The position numbers and the translations under genes are program-made. Under the pieces are notes generated by a model. The model saw only the letters and a list, made by a program, of their open reading frames with translations, was not told the DNA's origin and did no database searches. This document shows, piece by piece, positions 19,959 to 28,982 of a stretch of 64,000 nucleotides of DNA (its first letter is position 1; each line of letters begins with the position of its first letter). This DNA comes from Planctomycetota bacterium (GTDB lineage: Bacteria > Planctomycetota > B15-G4 > SIAN01): the NCBI GenBank assembly GCA_031409275.1, contig JANNXA010000016.1, forward strand, positions 64,001-128,000, given 5' to 3'.

Positions 19959-21106
19959 CAGAGGTTTCGCCGCAGCCACTCGAGCGTGACATCGACGCTG
20001 CCATCCACCGGCAGAGCGACCTCGACTTCGACCTTGTCGTGCGCAGGCTTCGTCGTTGGATGGCTGGCGCCGACCACTTCGAACGGCGCACCCGGCTGCT
20101 CGACGATCACCAACGTCGTCGCCGCGCCGCTGCCGTTCCTCACCTTGTAGACGAGCTTCGTGCGTTGGTCGTAGGCGACCACCTTGTTCCAGCGATCGCG
20201 CCGCTCGTTCTCGTTGCCCTGGAAGGTGACGTAGCGATCCACCACGAAGTCGCGCGCGTGACCGACGTAGAGCTTCGCCTTGCCGCCGAGCGGCGTCGCG
20301 GACAGCACGTCTTCGCCCAGCAACCCGGGTTGCCCGTTCTCCTGCGGCGTCAGCAGGCGGATGCGTCCCGCCGCCAGGAACGGCCGCGCCAACGGCGAGC
20401 CGGCGCGATTCTCGAGCTCGACTTCGATGGCAGGAAGGGCGCCGTAGCGCGCCGGATCGAGGACGTAGCGCCGCTTGACCGGGACCTGCTCGACGCGGAA
20501 CAGCTCGACTTCGCGCCGCTCCCCTTGCGCGAGCGTCAACGCGGCGAGTTCGCCGCCGTCGAAGACGACGCGTGCGGCGTCGAGATCCTGGCCCGAGCGG
20601 TTGGTCACTTCGACCGTCCCGACCAGCGTCATCGAAGTGCCCGCCGCGTCGAGCAGACCGCTGTAGGCGACGCGCCAACCGATGCCGGCCAGCAGGTAGC
20701 GCGCGGTCAGCGTTGCCGTGCCCGCGTTGCCCGCGTCGACGTCGAAGTAGGTCATCGCGCCGCGCCGGCGAATCTTCTCGCGCTGCGTGATCGAGGCGCT
20801 GCCGCTCGACGGAGTCACGTCGAAGCGCAGCGAGCCTTCATCGAGCCGCTCGCGACTCCAATCGAAGCGCAGGCGATTGGGGCCCTGCGCCAGCGTGATC
20901 TTGCGCGTCGTGGCGACGCTCGCCGGCTGGTCGCTGGTGAGGCGCAGCGTGACCGTGTCGGGCGCGGTCGGCACGACCACTTCGACGAAGCCGTCGCCGT
21001 CGGGGCGAACCGGCGCTTGCGCGAGGAGCGCTGCCGGAACGACCACGCCGGAGAAGAGCGCGGCGAGCAGCGCGCGGGCAATGACGGTGGGCGTGGAGTG
21101 GTTCAT
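19955..21106 (-). CDS. DUF4139-like secreted protein
   Basis: Signal peptide; ITLAQGPNRLRFDW, YLLAGIGWRVAY, VTNRSGQDL, LAAGRIRL. ATGA overlap with the upstream paralog. Confidence 0.7.
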   Translation of the reverse strand: MNHSTPTVIARALLAALFSGVVVPAALLAQAPVRPDGDGFVEVVVPTAPDTVTLRLTSDQPASVATTRKITLAQGPNRLRFDWSRERLDEGSLRFDVTPSSGSASITQREKIRRRGAMTYFDVDAGNAGTATLTARYLLAGIGWRVAYSGLLDAAGTSMTLVGTVEVTNRSGQDLDAARVVFDGGELAALTLAQGERREVELFRVEQVPVKRRYVLDPARYGALPAIEVELENRAGSPLARPFLAAGRIRLLTPQENGQPGLLGEDVLSATPLGGKAKLYVGHARDFVVDRYVTFQGNENERRDRWNKVVAYDQRTKLVYKVRNGSGAATTLVIVEQPGAPFEVVGASHPTTKPAHDKVEVEVALPVDGSVDVTLEWLRRNLW

Positions 21107-22350
21107 GGGTGGAGGTTCGTCTTCTTGACGGAGTAGGTGAGCTCGACCTTGCCGCCGGCGGGGACGTCGATCTTCCATTCGAGCGTCGTCTGGTCCTTGC
21201 GATTGGCGGGCGCGCTCGACGCGGTGAGCTCGAACGATGGCGTCGAGACGTGCTCCGTGACCGTGAGAGCGCGCGCGTCGGCGGCGCGGCTCTCGAGGAG
21301 CAGCTTCACGCTCTCCGTCTCGGAGTAGGAGATCAGCGCTTTGTTGTAGTCGCCGAAGACGAGGTCGCCGCGCTGCAGGTCGACCACCGTGCGCTCCACG
21401 GCGAAGTCGTTGGTGGGCCCGAGGTCGAGTTCGAGTTCCTGGCCCGGCGCGAGCGGCCCGAGTCCGCCGCTGCGCACGAAGCGCTCGGTCGCGGTCGCCT
21501 CGCGCTCGACCAGGAAGAGGCTGCCCGGCTGCAGCGTGACGCCGCCGAGCCCCGCATTCGCGGCGTTCGCCACCTTGGCGACCCGCCACACGCGCCCGCC
21601 CCAGCCGTTCACGTCGAAGCGCCATTCGAGCGTCGTCGCCAGCTCGCGTTTGGCGAGCGCGACGCGCCGCACGGTGACGCCATCGGGCAGCGAGAGCGGC
21701 GCGCCGAACGGCACCACCGTGTGCTCGGCCAGATCCTGCGCGAGCGGCGGCGTCGGCAGGCCGGGGGCGGCGTCGGGAGCCGGATCGGGCGCGCGGCCGT
21801 GCAGGACCGCGCTCGATGGCACGGTCCGGACCACGCCGAAGACGGCGCGCACGTCCGCCTGCGTGAAGCTCTCGCCGCTGCCGTTGCTGACTTCGAGCTC
21901 CTGCACCAGGTCGAGCGTCCACTTGGCCGCGTCGAAGGCCGCGGTGTAGGCCACGCTCGCCGCGAGGCCGCGCGCCGCGTAGCGCAACCGCAGCCGCTCG
22001 GGCCCCGGCTTCGTCGCCTCGAGCTCGACGAAGGTCGTGTTGCCGAGGTCGTCGCGTCGGAACAGCGAGACGACTTTCACTTCGCCGGCGCGGTCGAGCG
22101 GCACCACCTCGAGCGACGCGACATCGGCGTTGCCGCGCACGAAGTCGAGCCGCACCGACGAGCGTCCCTGCGCGAGGAGCACCGCCACCGTCTCCTCGAC
22201 GATCGTCAGATCGCCGGGATAGACGAGCAGGCGCGGGATCGAGGCGGCGGGCGCGGGAGCGCCTTGCGGAGACGCGGCGACCAAAGCAGCGCCGCCAGCG
22301 AGCAGCGCGGCCAGCACCGTCGCACCGCGGAGAGGGACGAAGCGATGCAA
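21103..22350 (-). CDS. DUF4139/DUF4140-like secreted protein
   Basis: Signal peptide; LLVYPGDLTIVEE, VSNGSGESF, GLGGVTLQPG; C-terminal LEWKIDVPAGGKVELTYSV. TTG start is uncertain. Confidence 0.72.
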   Translation of the reverse strand: MHRFVPLRGATVLAALLAGGAALVAASPQGAPAPAASIPRLLVYPGDLTIVEETVAVLLAQGRSSVRLDFVRGNADVASLEVVPLDRAGEVKVVSLFRRDDLGNTTFVELEATKPGPERLRLRYAARGLAASVAYTAAFDAAKWTLDLVQELEVSNGSGESFTQADVRAVFGVVRTVPSSAVLHGRAPDPAPDAAPGLPTPPLAQDLAEHTVVPFGAPLSLPDGVTVRRVALAKRELATTLEWRFDVNGWGGRVWRVAKVANAANAGLGGVTLQPGSLFLVEREATATERFVRSGGLGPLAPGQELELDLGPTNDFAVERTVVDLQRGDLVFGDYNKALISYSETESVKLLLESRAADARALTVTEHVSTPSFELTASSAPANRKDQTTLEWKIDVPAGGKVELTYSVKKTNLHP

Positions 22351-22389
22351 GCGAGACTCCTTCGCGAGAGACGAGCGGTGCGACGCTAA

Positions 22390-22547
22390 GAGCGTCTAAC
22401 AGAATGGACGCGTCGCGCCGAGACCGCGCGAGGCAGCCCAGGACGAGGAGACCGAAGCAGGCGACTCCGAAGAGTCGCCGATGGAGGTCGACGAAGTCAT
22501 GGGCGGCCGCAGCCGGTCGAACGCAGCGGACATTCTGTTAGGCGCTC
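22390..22547. mobile_element. 158-bp MITE-like element, copy 2
   Basis: Terminal inverted repeats GAGCGTCTAACAGAATG / CATTCTGTTAGGCGCTC (1 mismatch), flanked by TAA on both sides (22387-22389, 22548-22550). Same length as copy 1. Confidence 0.8.
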
Positions 22548-22558
22548 TAAGGGCCGAT

Positions 22559-23533
22559 TCACTGCGCCGCCAGCGCCTCGTCGAGCAACTTGACCAGCGC
22601 ATCGCGGTCGTACGCGTACTGCTGCCCACCGTTCAACTGCACCACGCGCGCGAGCGCCGCCTTGATCGTCGTCGCGGCCTCGGCCTGGTTCGGCACGACC
22701 AGGTAGCGACGCTTCGGCTGCGGGGAGGTGAGCGCGTGGAGGAACGCCTGCGCCACCTCGTCGGGCTCCTTGTACTGCGCGCGATCGGTCGGGCCGGCGA
22801 GGAGCCGCTCCATCTGCTTCTCGTAGCGCGAGCCCTTGCCCGTGTAGCCGGCGTCCAGCAGCCGCTGGCGCATGTTCACCATGATCTCGCTCTTGTAGTT
22901 GCCCGGGTCGACCAGGCTCACCGCGACGCCGAAGGGCGAAAGCTCCGCGGCCAGCGTGTCGCTGAACGCCTCGATCGCGTGCTTGCTCATCGTGTAGGCG
23001 CCGCCCATCGGCCACGTGACGATGCCGGAGGTCGAGCCAGTCGTCGCGACGCGTCCCTTGCTCTCGATCAGGAGCGGCGCGAACGCCTGCGTCATGCGGT
23101 AGGGGCCGTAGACGTTGGCATCGAGCTGGAAGTCGAGGTCGCTCTCGCGCAGCTCGATCAGCGGGCCGAGCACCGCGACGCCGGCGTTGTTGATGAGCCC
23201 GTAGAGCCCGCGCCCGCCGTCGCGCACCGTCTGCACCGCGGCGTCGATCTGCTCCTGCTTCGTCACATCGAGCTCGATCGGCTGCACGTTCGCGAGCTTG
23301 CCGAGCTCCGCGAGGTCGGCCTCCTTGCGCGCGCCGGCGTAGACGAAGAAGCCGTTCGCCGCGAGCAGCTCGGTCGTCTTGCGGCCGATGCCGGAGCTGG
23401 CACCGGTGACCAGCACCGCGCGCCGCGGCGACGCCGCGGGCGGCGAGGAGTGCGCCGCCGCGTTGCGCAACGACCACCAGCCGGCAAGGAGCGCCACGGC
23501 TCCGCACGCCACGACGATGCGCCACCGATGCAT
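22559..23533 (-). CDS. SDR family oxidoreductase with N-terminal signal/anchor
   Basis: VLVTGASSGIG, LDVT, LINNAG, YTMSK (YxxxK), VSLVDPG. Confidence 0.93.
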   Translation of the reverse strand: MHRWRIVVACGAVALLAGWWSLRNAAAHSSPPAASPRRAVLVTGASSGIGRKTTELLAANGFFVYAGARKEADLAELGKLANVQPIELDVTKQEQIDAAVQTVRDGGRGLYGLINNAGVAVLGPLIELRESDLDFQLDANVYGPYRMTQAFAPLLIESKGRVATTGSTSGIVTWPMGGAYTMSKHAIEAFSDTLAAELSPFGVAVSLVDPGNYKSEIMVNMRQRLLDAGYTGKGSRYEKQMERLLAGPTDRAQYKEPDEVAQAFLHALTSPQPKRRYLVVPNQAEAATTIKAALARVVQLNGGQQYAYDRDALVKLLDEALAAQ

Positions 23534-23833
23534 GCCTCGCTCCATTTCGACCTGCGGGAAAGGCGCGCGCGACTTCGGGCGCGAGGCGGGGGAGGCTACG
23601 AGGGCCGAGCGGGAAGGGCGAGCTGTCGAGCTTTGGGAACAGGAAGGCACCAGTTGATCGGGAGGTGACCGCGCAGGATCGTCACCCCGCCACAAGGAGT
23701 CTCCCCTGGGAAACGGCGCCTCACCGATTCTCCTGACCCGTTCACCCGCCGATTGCGCCTCAGATTCCGGCGGCCGCTCCCGACACAGCGCCCCGATCCA
23801 CCTTCTCGTGTCGAGCTTCCTCCGGAGACCAAC

Positions 23834-24430
23834 ATGGCACAGCGAAAGACCCCCTCGAAGCAGCGCACCGCAGCGAGCCCGTTCGTCGAGTTGACGATCG
23901 AGCAGCTCTACGAAGAGTCGCGGAAGATCGCACACGCGATGTTCCGGAACGAGCCGAGATCCGTCTCCTTCTCGCCGACCAGCATCGTCCATTCGGTGCT
24001 CGCCGACGAGGCGGCGCGCGGCTCGCTGCCGAGCGCCTCGTCCCCCCTCGATCCAACCGAAGCAACGCATCTCCTGCGTCGAATCCGCGTGGCAATCCGG
24101 AACAAGCTGATCGACCGCGCACGCGGCCGTCGGGCGGGGAAGCGCGGCGGTAACGCCAAGCGAGTCGAGCTCGATGAAGCGATGCGAGCCGAGGAACTCG
24201 GACCGGCAGAGATCGCTGAGATCCACGACCTCACCGAGCACCTCATGTCGAACGTGAACGCAATGGATCGCCAGCAGGCGGAGGCGTTCACGTTGCAGTT
24301 CTTCCACGGGCTGACCGTCGAGGAGGTCGCAGCGATCCTGGAAATCCCGATGGAAGCAGCGAAGACGCGGGCGCGCCGCGGTCGGGAGTGGATCGCCGCC
24401 CAAATGCGCCAGCAGAGCGGCGAGGGGTAA
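23834..24430 (+). CDS. ECF-type RNA polymerase sigma factor (TIGR02999/ECF_like, kinase-associated type)
   Basis: LYEESRKIAHAMFRNE...SFSPTSIVH, IRNKLIDRARGRRAGKRGG, and sigma4 FFHGLTVEEVAAIL...AREWI. Directly upstream of a Ser/Thr kinase. Confidence 0.9.
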   Translation: MAQRKTPSKQRTAASPFVELTIEQLYEESRKIAHAMFRNEPRSVSFSPTSIVHSVLADEAARGSLPSASSPLDPTEATHLLRRIRVAIRNKLIDRARGRRAGKRGGNAKRVELDEAMRAEELGPAEIAEIHDLTEHLMSNVNAMDRQQAEAFTLQFFHGLTVEEVAAILEIPMEAAKTRARRGREWIAAQMRQQSGEG

Positions 24431-24462
24431 TCGCGCAGCACCTCGACACCGCTCGCGCACGA

Positions 24463-24494
24463 ACGAGGGCGCCTCCACGCGGAGGCGCCCTCGT
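24463..24494. repeat. Perfect 14-bp inverted repeat between the ECF and kinase genes
   Basis: ACGAGGGCGCCTCC-ACGC-GGAGGCGCCCTCGT; no U-tract on either strand. Confidence 0.75.
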
Positions 24495-24541
24495 CACGCC
24501 TGACGCCCGCGGCTACGCTCCCCCGCCCGAGGGGGTGATCG

Positions 24542-27500
24542 ATGGCTCAGAAGAGAGTGCGACCGACCGCCGCGGCGATACCGGCGACGGCGCCGGTCCC
24601 GACGCACACTCGAACGGCTGGGAGCGACTCTGCGGTCGAGATCGAGGGCTATCGCATCGTCACCCGGCTCGGCGAGGGTGGCTGCGGAGTCGTCTATCTC
24701 GTCGAGGAGTTGAAGCCGGAGCGCGGCTCTGCGCAGCAGTTCGCGGCGAAAGTCCCGCGCGACGATTTCGACCTCGATGCAAACGCTACTCGCCGCCTCT
24801 CCGCGCTTCTCGAGGAGGAGATCAGCAAGCTGCGGGAGCTCCGTGACGAGCCGTCGATTGCCGCCTACCGCGGCACGCCCAAGGCGACCCGGAACGGCAA
24901 GCCAATCCCCTGCGTCCTCACCCGCTACCTGAGCGGCGGCGAACTCCTCAAAGAACTCGACGCGAGGTCGCCGCTGCACATGCGGCTCGCCGCGATGAGC
25001 GAGGTCTGCTACGCCGTCGCGCTTCTGCACGATCGTCACATCGTCCACGGCGACCTCAAGCCCGCGAACCTCCGCTACGACCGGCTGATCCGCGGCAAAC
25101 CCGTGCTGCTCGACTTCGGGCTCGCTGAACCGCTGCGACGGATCGGCCGCGATGCGGAACCGCAGATCGCCTCGCAACGGATCGCGGGAACGCTCGGCTA
25201 CATGGCACCCGAACGACTGCAGCGCGCCGCAGACTGCAACGACGCCGTCGACGTCTTCGCGTTGGGAGTGATCACGTTCGAGCTGCTGACGGGAAAGCGC
25301 GCCTTCTACGACTTGAAGGGACCCGGACCGGACGCGGTCGTGACGGCCATGAAGAGGTGCGCCCCCGAGGTCGAGAGTGCGCTCAATTCAATCCTCGCCG
25401 CCAAGAAGCTGGACGAGCTGCTCCCCTACCTGCGCACCGCGCTGGCGCTCGACCCGAAGCAGCGAACCATCCGTGCACGCAACTTGGCCCATTGGCTCGA
25501 CCACTTCGCGGTGCTGGAACGATTCCGGACCATCCTCCCGAAGCAGGGCTCCAGTGACACGGCGTTCGACACCTACAAGCGGCAGTTCCTCGAAGGGCTG
25601 AAGCACTTCCCGCAGCTCGGCGTCGGCTATCAGTCGGGTGGAAAGGGTGTGCAGGTCCAGACGAGGAGCCCGTACCAGCTCGACCTGCCCGAGATCAAGA
25701 TCGACCTCGTGGCGCAACGCAGGGGGACCGAGCACGCGACGCTGGCAGCCAGCAGCGAAGCCGGCACGATGTCATTCGACGCGCGCGACGCGTTCGAGCA
25801 GGCGCGAAGCGAGCTGCAAGACCAATCGAAACTCGGGTTCTTCCTCATCGGCGGCCCCGGCACCGGCAAGTCGACCTTCTTGCGTCTCCTCGCACTGCAA
25901 GCGATGACGAGCGACGGGCGCCAACGGCTTGGCCTCGGTGAGTCGCGCGTCATTCCCGTGATGGTGCAGCTCGCCGCCTACAAGGATTTCACTCCGCCGG
26001 ACCAGAGATCGCGAGGGAGGTCGAAGGTCCCTCAGCTCAGGCTGGCCCAATTCGTCAATTCCGTCATCGCGCAGACTTGTGCCGACTGCCGCGTTGAACC
26101 CGCGGTGCTTGCAAAACAGGGCGACCTGCTTCTCCTGCTCGACGGACTCGACGAGGTCGAGACGCAGCGCGACGAAATCGTGACGCAACTTTGCGATGCG
26201 CGTTGGCCGTGGAAGGGCCACCCGACGGTCGTCACTTGCCGGCCGGCTGGATTCGAGAGCCTCAAGCCCAAGCCGACCGATCACTTCGCGATCTTCCAGC
26301 TCGGCGGAGTCGACCTGCGCACGGCTCAGGCATTCGTCCGCAAGTGGTTTTTCCACGTCGCGACGAGCCACACCGTGCGCTCGAAGGAGAACGACCCGGG
26401 GGCCCATGGATCCGCGGACCGCATCGCGCAGCACGAACAAATGGCCGAATCGCTCTGCCAACAGTTGCGCGAACGGCGGATCGAGCTGTCGTCGCTGGTG
26501 TCGATCCCCCTGCTGCTGACGATGGTTTGCATCGTCCATCGCTTCCGCTGCCGGAACGGGCAAGTCGACCAGCCGCTCCCGGCGACGATTCACGATCTGT
26601 ACGAGGCCTTCGTGCAGACGGCGCTGCGGGAGTGGCCGCACTTCCGGAGCAAGGCGTCGCCAGGACATCGCCACGATTCACGGAAGCCCGCCGCGAACGA
26701 AGGCAACGACGGCGGAGACGATCCGACGACGCCCGACGAACTGCGGCTTGCCCTGGAATCGATCGCGCTCTATCTCCGCAGCGTGGCGTTGAAGGCGAAG
26801 GACGACGCCAAGAAGCAGACCACTCCGGCGACGCGCACGACCGAGCGTGCCGGTCGCCAGGCACTGGACACAATTCTGAAGGATGAGGCGTGGGCCGCCC
26901 TCCCGTGGGAGGGCGCGAAGTTCGAGCGCTTCTGGCAATTGGCCAACGACGAGTCGGGGCTGTTCGCCAACCACGGCGGCGCTGACCAGTGGGGCTTCCT
27001 CCACCTCGGCATCGAGGAGCACCTTGCCGCCAGCGCGTTGGCGCGCGACCCGCTCCGGGTTGGCTTCGGCATCGACCAGCTGGTCGAGCGCTTCGATGCG
27101 GTTGCGTTGCGAGAGGTCATCGGCGACTTCGCCGCGACCGCCCATGAGCTTCATGTCGAGGCGCTATTGGCCGCGGTGCTGCGCTCCGATCGGATCGCGG
27201 CCTTCGAGCAGCCGCTGGAAGTGGTGCTGCGCGCGCTGACGCGCCGTTTCGCGCCGACGGGGCGTGTGACGTCTGATCCTCGGCAGTCACAGATTCGCAC
27301 GCGCTTCCGGCAGATGCTGCTGCCAATCCTTCTGCAACCGGCCGCCGCCGCGGAGAAGCTTCGAGCTCGGCAGCTCGCCGCACGGATGGCGGCATTCCGT
27401 CAGCTGCGCGGGTGGGTTGTTCTGGCTTCCGAAGCCTGGAAGGAGCTCCGCTCAGCGTTGGCGGCGGATCACCACTTCGGCTCTCTCGAACTCGAGCTTT

Positions 27501-28258
27501 GGGCTCGCAACGAACTCGAAACGCGTGAATTCCAACGCGATCCCAAGAGCGGGATCGTGTTCGTGAAGGTGAAGGGAGCGCGCTTCGGCTTCGCGCAGGA
27601 CAAACCGGATGCAAGCTGGAACCACGACTATGAGCTGCAGCGCCACCAGCAGAAGCGCGAACGAGTCGTCGACCTGGCCGACTTCTGGCTGGCGACTGCC
27701 CCCGTCACCAACGAGCAGTACCGCCGCTTCCTCGACGATCGCGATGGCGATGCGGAGAACGACGATCTCCCGGAGTCGATGACGACTGCGGGCTTCGATG
27801 GACCGCAGCAGCCCGTCACCGGAGTCACCGCACTCGACTGCGAGAAGTTCTGCCGTTGGTGCTCGTCGCAAAGCGGTCCGCCGATCCGACTGCCCACCGC
27901 GGATGAGTGGGAGTACGCCTGCGTGGCGGGCAACGCCGCGCAGCAGGAGTACTGGAGCGGAAACGGAGAGGAAGCACTTGCAGCCGTCGGCTGGTACGCC
28001 GCGAACTCGGGCGGTACCACCCATCTGGTCGGACAGAAGCCGCCAAACGCCTTCGGACTCCACGACCTGCATGGCAACGTCTGGGAGTGGTGCGCTGACG
28101 ATCACCCATGCGACGCCGGCAGCCGCGTGGTTCGTGGCGGCAGCTTTGCCTTCGACGTCGCCGCGATCGCGCGGTCGGCCTTCCGGAACGCCTTCCAGCC
28201 GGGCTTTCGCTTCCGGTTCTTGGGCTTCCGCGCCGCCAAGGGTGTCTCCACTTTTTGA
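24542..28258 (+). CDS. Ser/Thr kinase - NACHT NTPase - FGE-sulfatase/CLec protein; DGR target
   Basis: Kinase: GEGGCGVVY, AAK, HGDLKPAN, DFG, GTLGYMAPE, DVFALG. NACHT: GGPGTGKST, LLLLDGLDEV, VTCRP, IPLLL, FLHLGIEEHLAA. FGE/CLec: PVTNEQY, RLPTADEWEYAC, PNAFGLHDLHGNVWEWC, RVVRGGSF, LGFR. Confidence 0.95.
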   Translation: MAQKRVRPTAAAIPATAPVPTHTRTAGSDSAVEIEGYRIVTRLGEGGCGVVYLVEELKPERGSAQQFAAKVPRDDFDLDANATRRLSALLEEEISKLRELRDEPSIAAYRGTPKATRNGKPIPCVLTRYLSGGELLKELDARSPLHMRLAAMSEVCYAVALLHDRHIVHGDLKPANLRYDRLIRGKPVLLDFGLAEPLRRIGRDAEPQIASQRIAGTLGYMAPERLQRAADCNDAVDVFALGVITFELLTGKRAFYDLKGPGPDAVVTAMKRCAPEVESALNSILAAKKLDELLPYLRTALALDPKQRTIRARNLAHWLDHFAVLERFRTILPKQGSSDTAFDTYKRQFLEGLKHFPQLGVGYQSGGKGVQVQTRSPYQLDLPEIKIDLVAQRRGTEHATLAASSEAGTMSFDARDAFEQARSELQDQSKLGFFLIGGPGTGKSTFLRLLALQAMTSDGRQRLGLGESRVIPVMVQLAAYKDFTPPDQRSRGRSKVPQLRLAQFVNSVIAQTCADCRVEPAVLAKQGDLLLLLDGLDEVETQRDEIVTQLCDARWPWKGHPTVVTCRPAGFESLKPKPTDHFAIFQLGGVDLRTAQAFVRKWFFHVATSHTVRSKENDPGAHGSADRIAQHEQMAESLCQQLRERRIELSSLVSIPLLLTMVCIVHRFRCRNGQVDQPLPATIHDLYEAFVQTALREWPHFRSKASPGHRHDSRKPAANEGNDGGDDPTTPDELRLALESIALYLRSVALKAKDDAKKQTTPATRTTERAGRQALDTILKDEAWAALPWEGAKFERFWQLANDESGLFANHGGADQWGFLHLGIEEHLAASALARDPLRVGFGIDQLVERFDAVALREVIGDFAATAHELHVEALLAAVLRSDRIAAFEQPLEVVLRALTRRFAPTGRVTSDPRQSQIRTRFRQMLLPILLQPAAAAEKLRARQLAARMAAFRQLRGWVVLASEAWKELRSALAADHHFGSLELELWARNELETREFQRDPKSGIVFVKVKGARFGFAQDKPDASWNHDYELQRHQQKRERVVDLADFWLATAPVTNEQYRRFLDDRDGDAENDDLPESMTTAGFDGPQQPVTGVTALDCEKFCRWCSSQSGPPIRLPTADEWEYACVAGNAAQQEYWSGNGEEALAAVGWYAANSGGTTHLVGQKPPNAFGLHDLHGNVWEWCADDHPCDAGSRVVRGGSFAFDVAAIARSAFRNAFQPGFRFRFLGFRAAKGVSTF
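28109..28239 (+). repeat. DGR variable region (VR)
   Basis: 131-bp ungapped match to 30388-30518 with 14 mismatches, all at TR adenines. Encodes the C-terminal part of the CLec domain. Confidence 0.97.
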
Positions 28259-28433
28259 CTTCACCACCTCACCACGAAGATCGCTGCGCCCACGATCGAC
28301 ACCGGCGTTGACAACCGGGCCCACCCGCGGTGTCGTGCTCGTATTTCGTTCGATTGACGGTGTGCTGGTAGGTGGGTAGTGGGCGGAGGGCGCGTAGTGC
28401 GACGTCGTGTGCGTCGCCGCTGGAGCCACGCCC

Positions 28434-28982
28434 TTGCGAGTCCATCTCCTGACGCTGCGATACAGCAGCACGCTTGGCGCCTTCGATACGGCACCGCTCA
28501 CCGCGCTGACCCACGGCTGCGAAGTCGTCGCCTTCCGCGAGCACTTCTTCCAAGTCGCGGACGTGCCGCATGCGCTGTGCGTCGTCACCGTCCATGACCC
28601 GCCGCCGCTTGCGCAAGGAGGCCACGAGGCGCGCTCCCGTGCGGACCACGGGGCGCCTTCCGGCTTGCCGCGCACCCGCACGCCTCGTGAAAGCCGTGAC
28701 CTCCGTCCCTTCGCGGCGCTGGATGAGGCACAACGCCAGCTCTTCAACCGGCTGCGTGAATGGCGATCGGCGACGGCGAAGTCGGAGGGGGTCCCTCCGT
28801 ACGTGCTGCTCACCAATCGCGAGGCGGTGCGCATCATCCTCGCCGCACCCGATTCGCTGACCACGCTCGGCCAGCTCGAAGGGATCGGCGCCAGCAAGGT
28901 CACGCGCTACGGCCATGCGATCCTCGGCTGCCTCCAGGGTGCGCCCGTCGCCAGCGCGCAAGCCGCGGAGCCGACGTCGTGA
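28434..28982 (+). CDS. HRDC-domain DGR accessory protein
   Basis: Likely TTG start (MRVHLLTLRY) 8 nt after GGAG; alternative GTG at 28407. C-terminal HRDC: LFNRLREWRSATAKSEGVPPYVLLTNRE...LGQLEGIGASKVTRYG. Confidence 0.88.
   Translation: MRVHLLTLRYSSTLGAFDTAPLTALTHGCEVVAFREHFFQVADVPHALCVVTVHDPPPLAQGGHEARSRADHGAPSGLPRTRTPRESRDLRPFAALDEAQRQLFNRLREWRSATAKSEGVPPYVLLTNREAVRIILAAPDSLTTLGQLEGIGASKVTRYGHAILGCLQGAPVASAQAAEPTS

Noticed and set aside
799..22547. The two 158-bp repeats as ends of one composite transposon or as a TR/VR pair
   Set aside because: Each copy has its own distinct 3-bp duplication, the enclosed genes are housekeeping-like, and the differences are not adenine-specific.
27540..28258. 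FGE-sulfatase domain as a true formylglycine-generating enzyme for the DUF1501/sulfatase genes
   Set aside because: The catalytic Cys pair of FGE is absent from the RGGS...R segment, which is instead the DGR variable region. This is the CLec-fold binding type.
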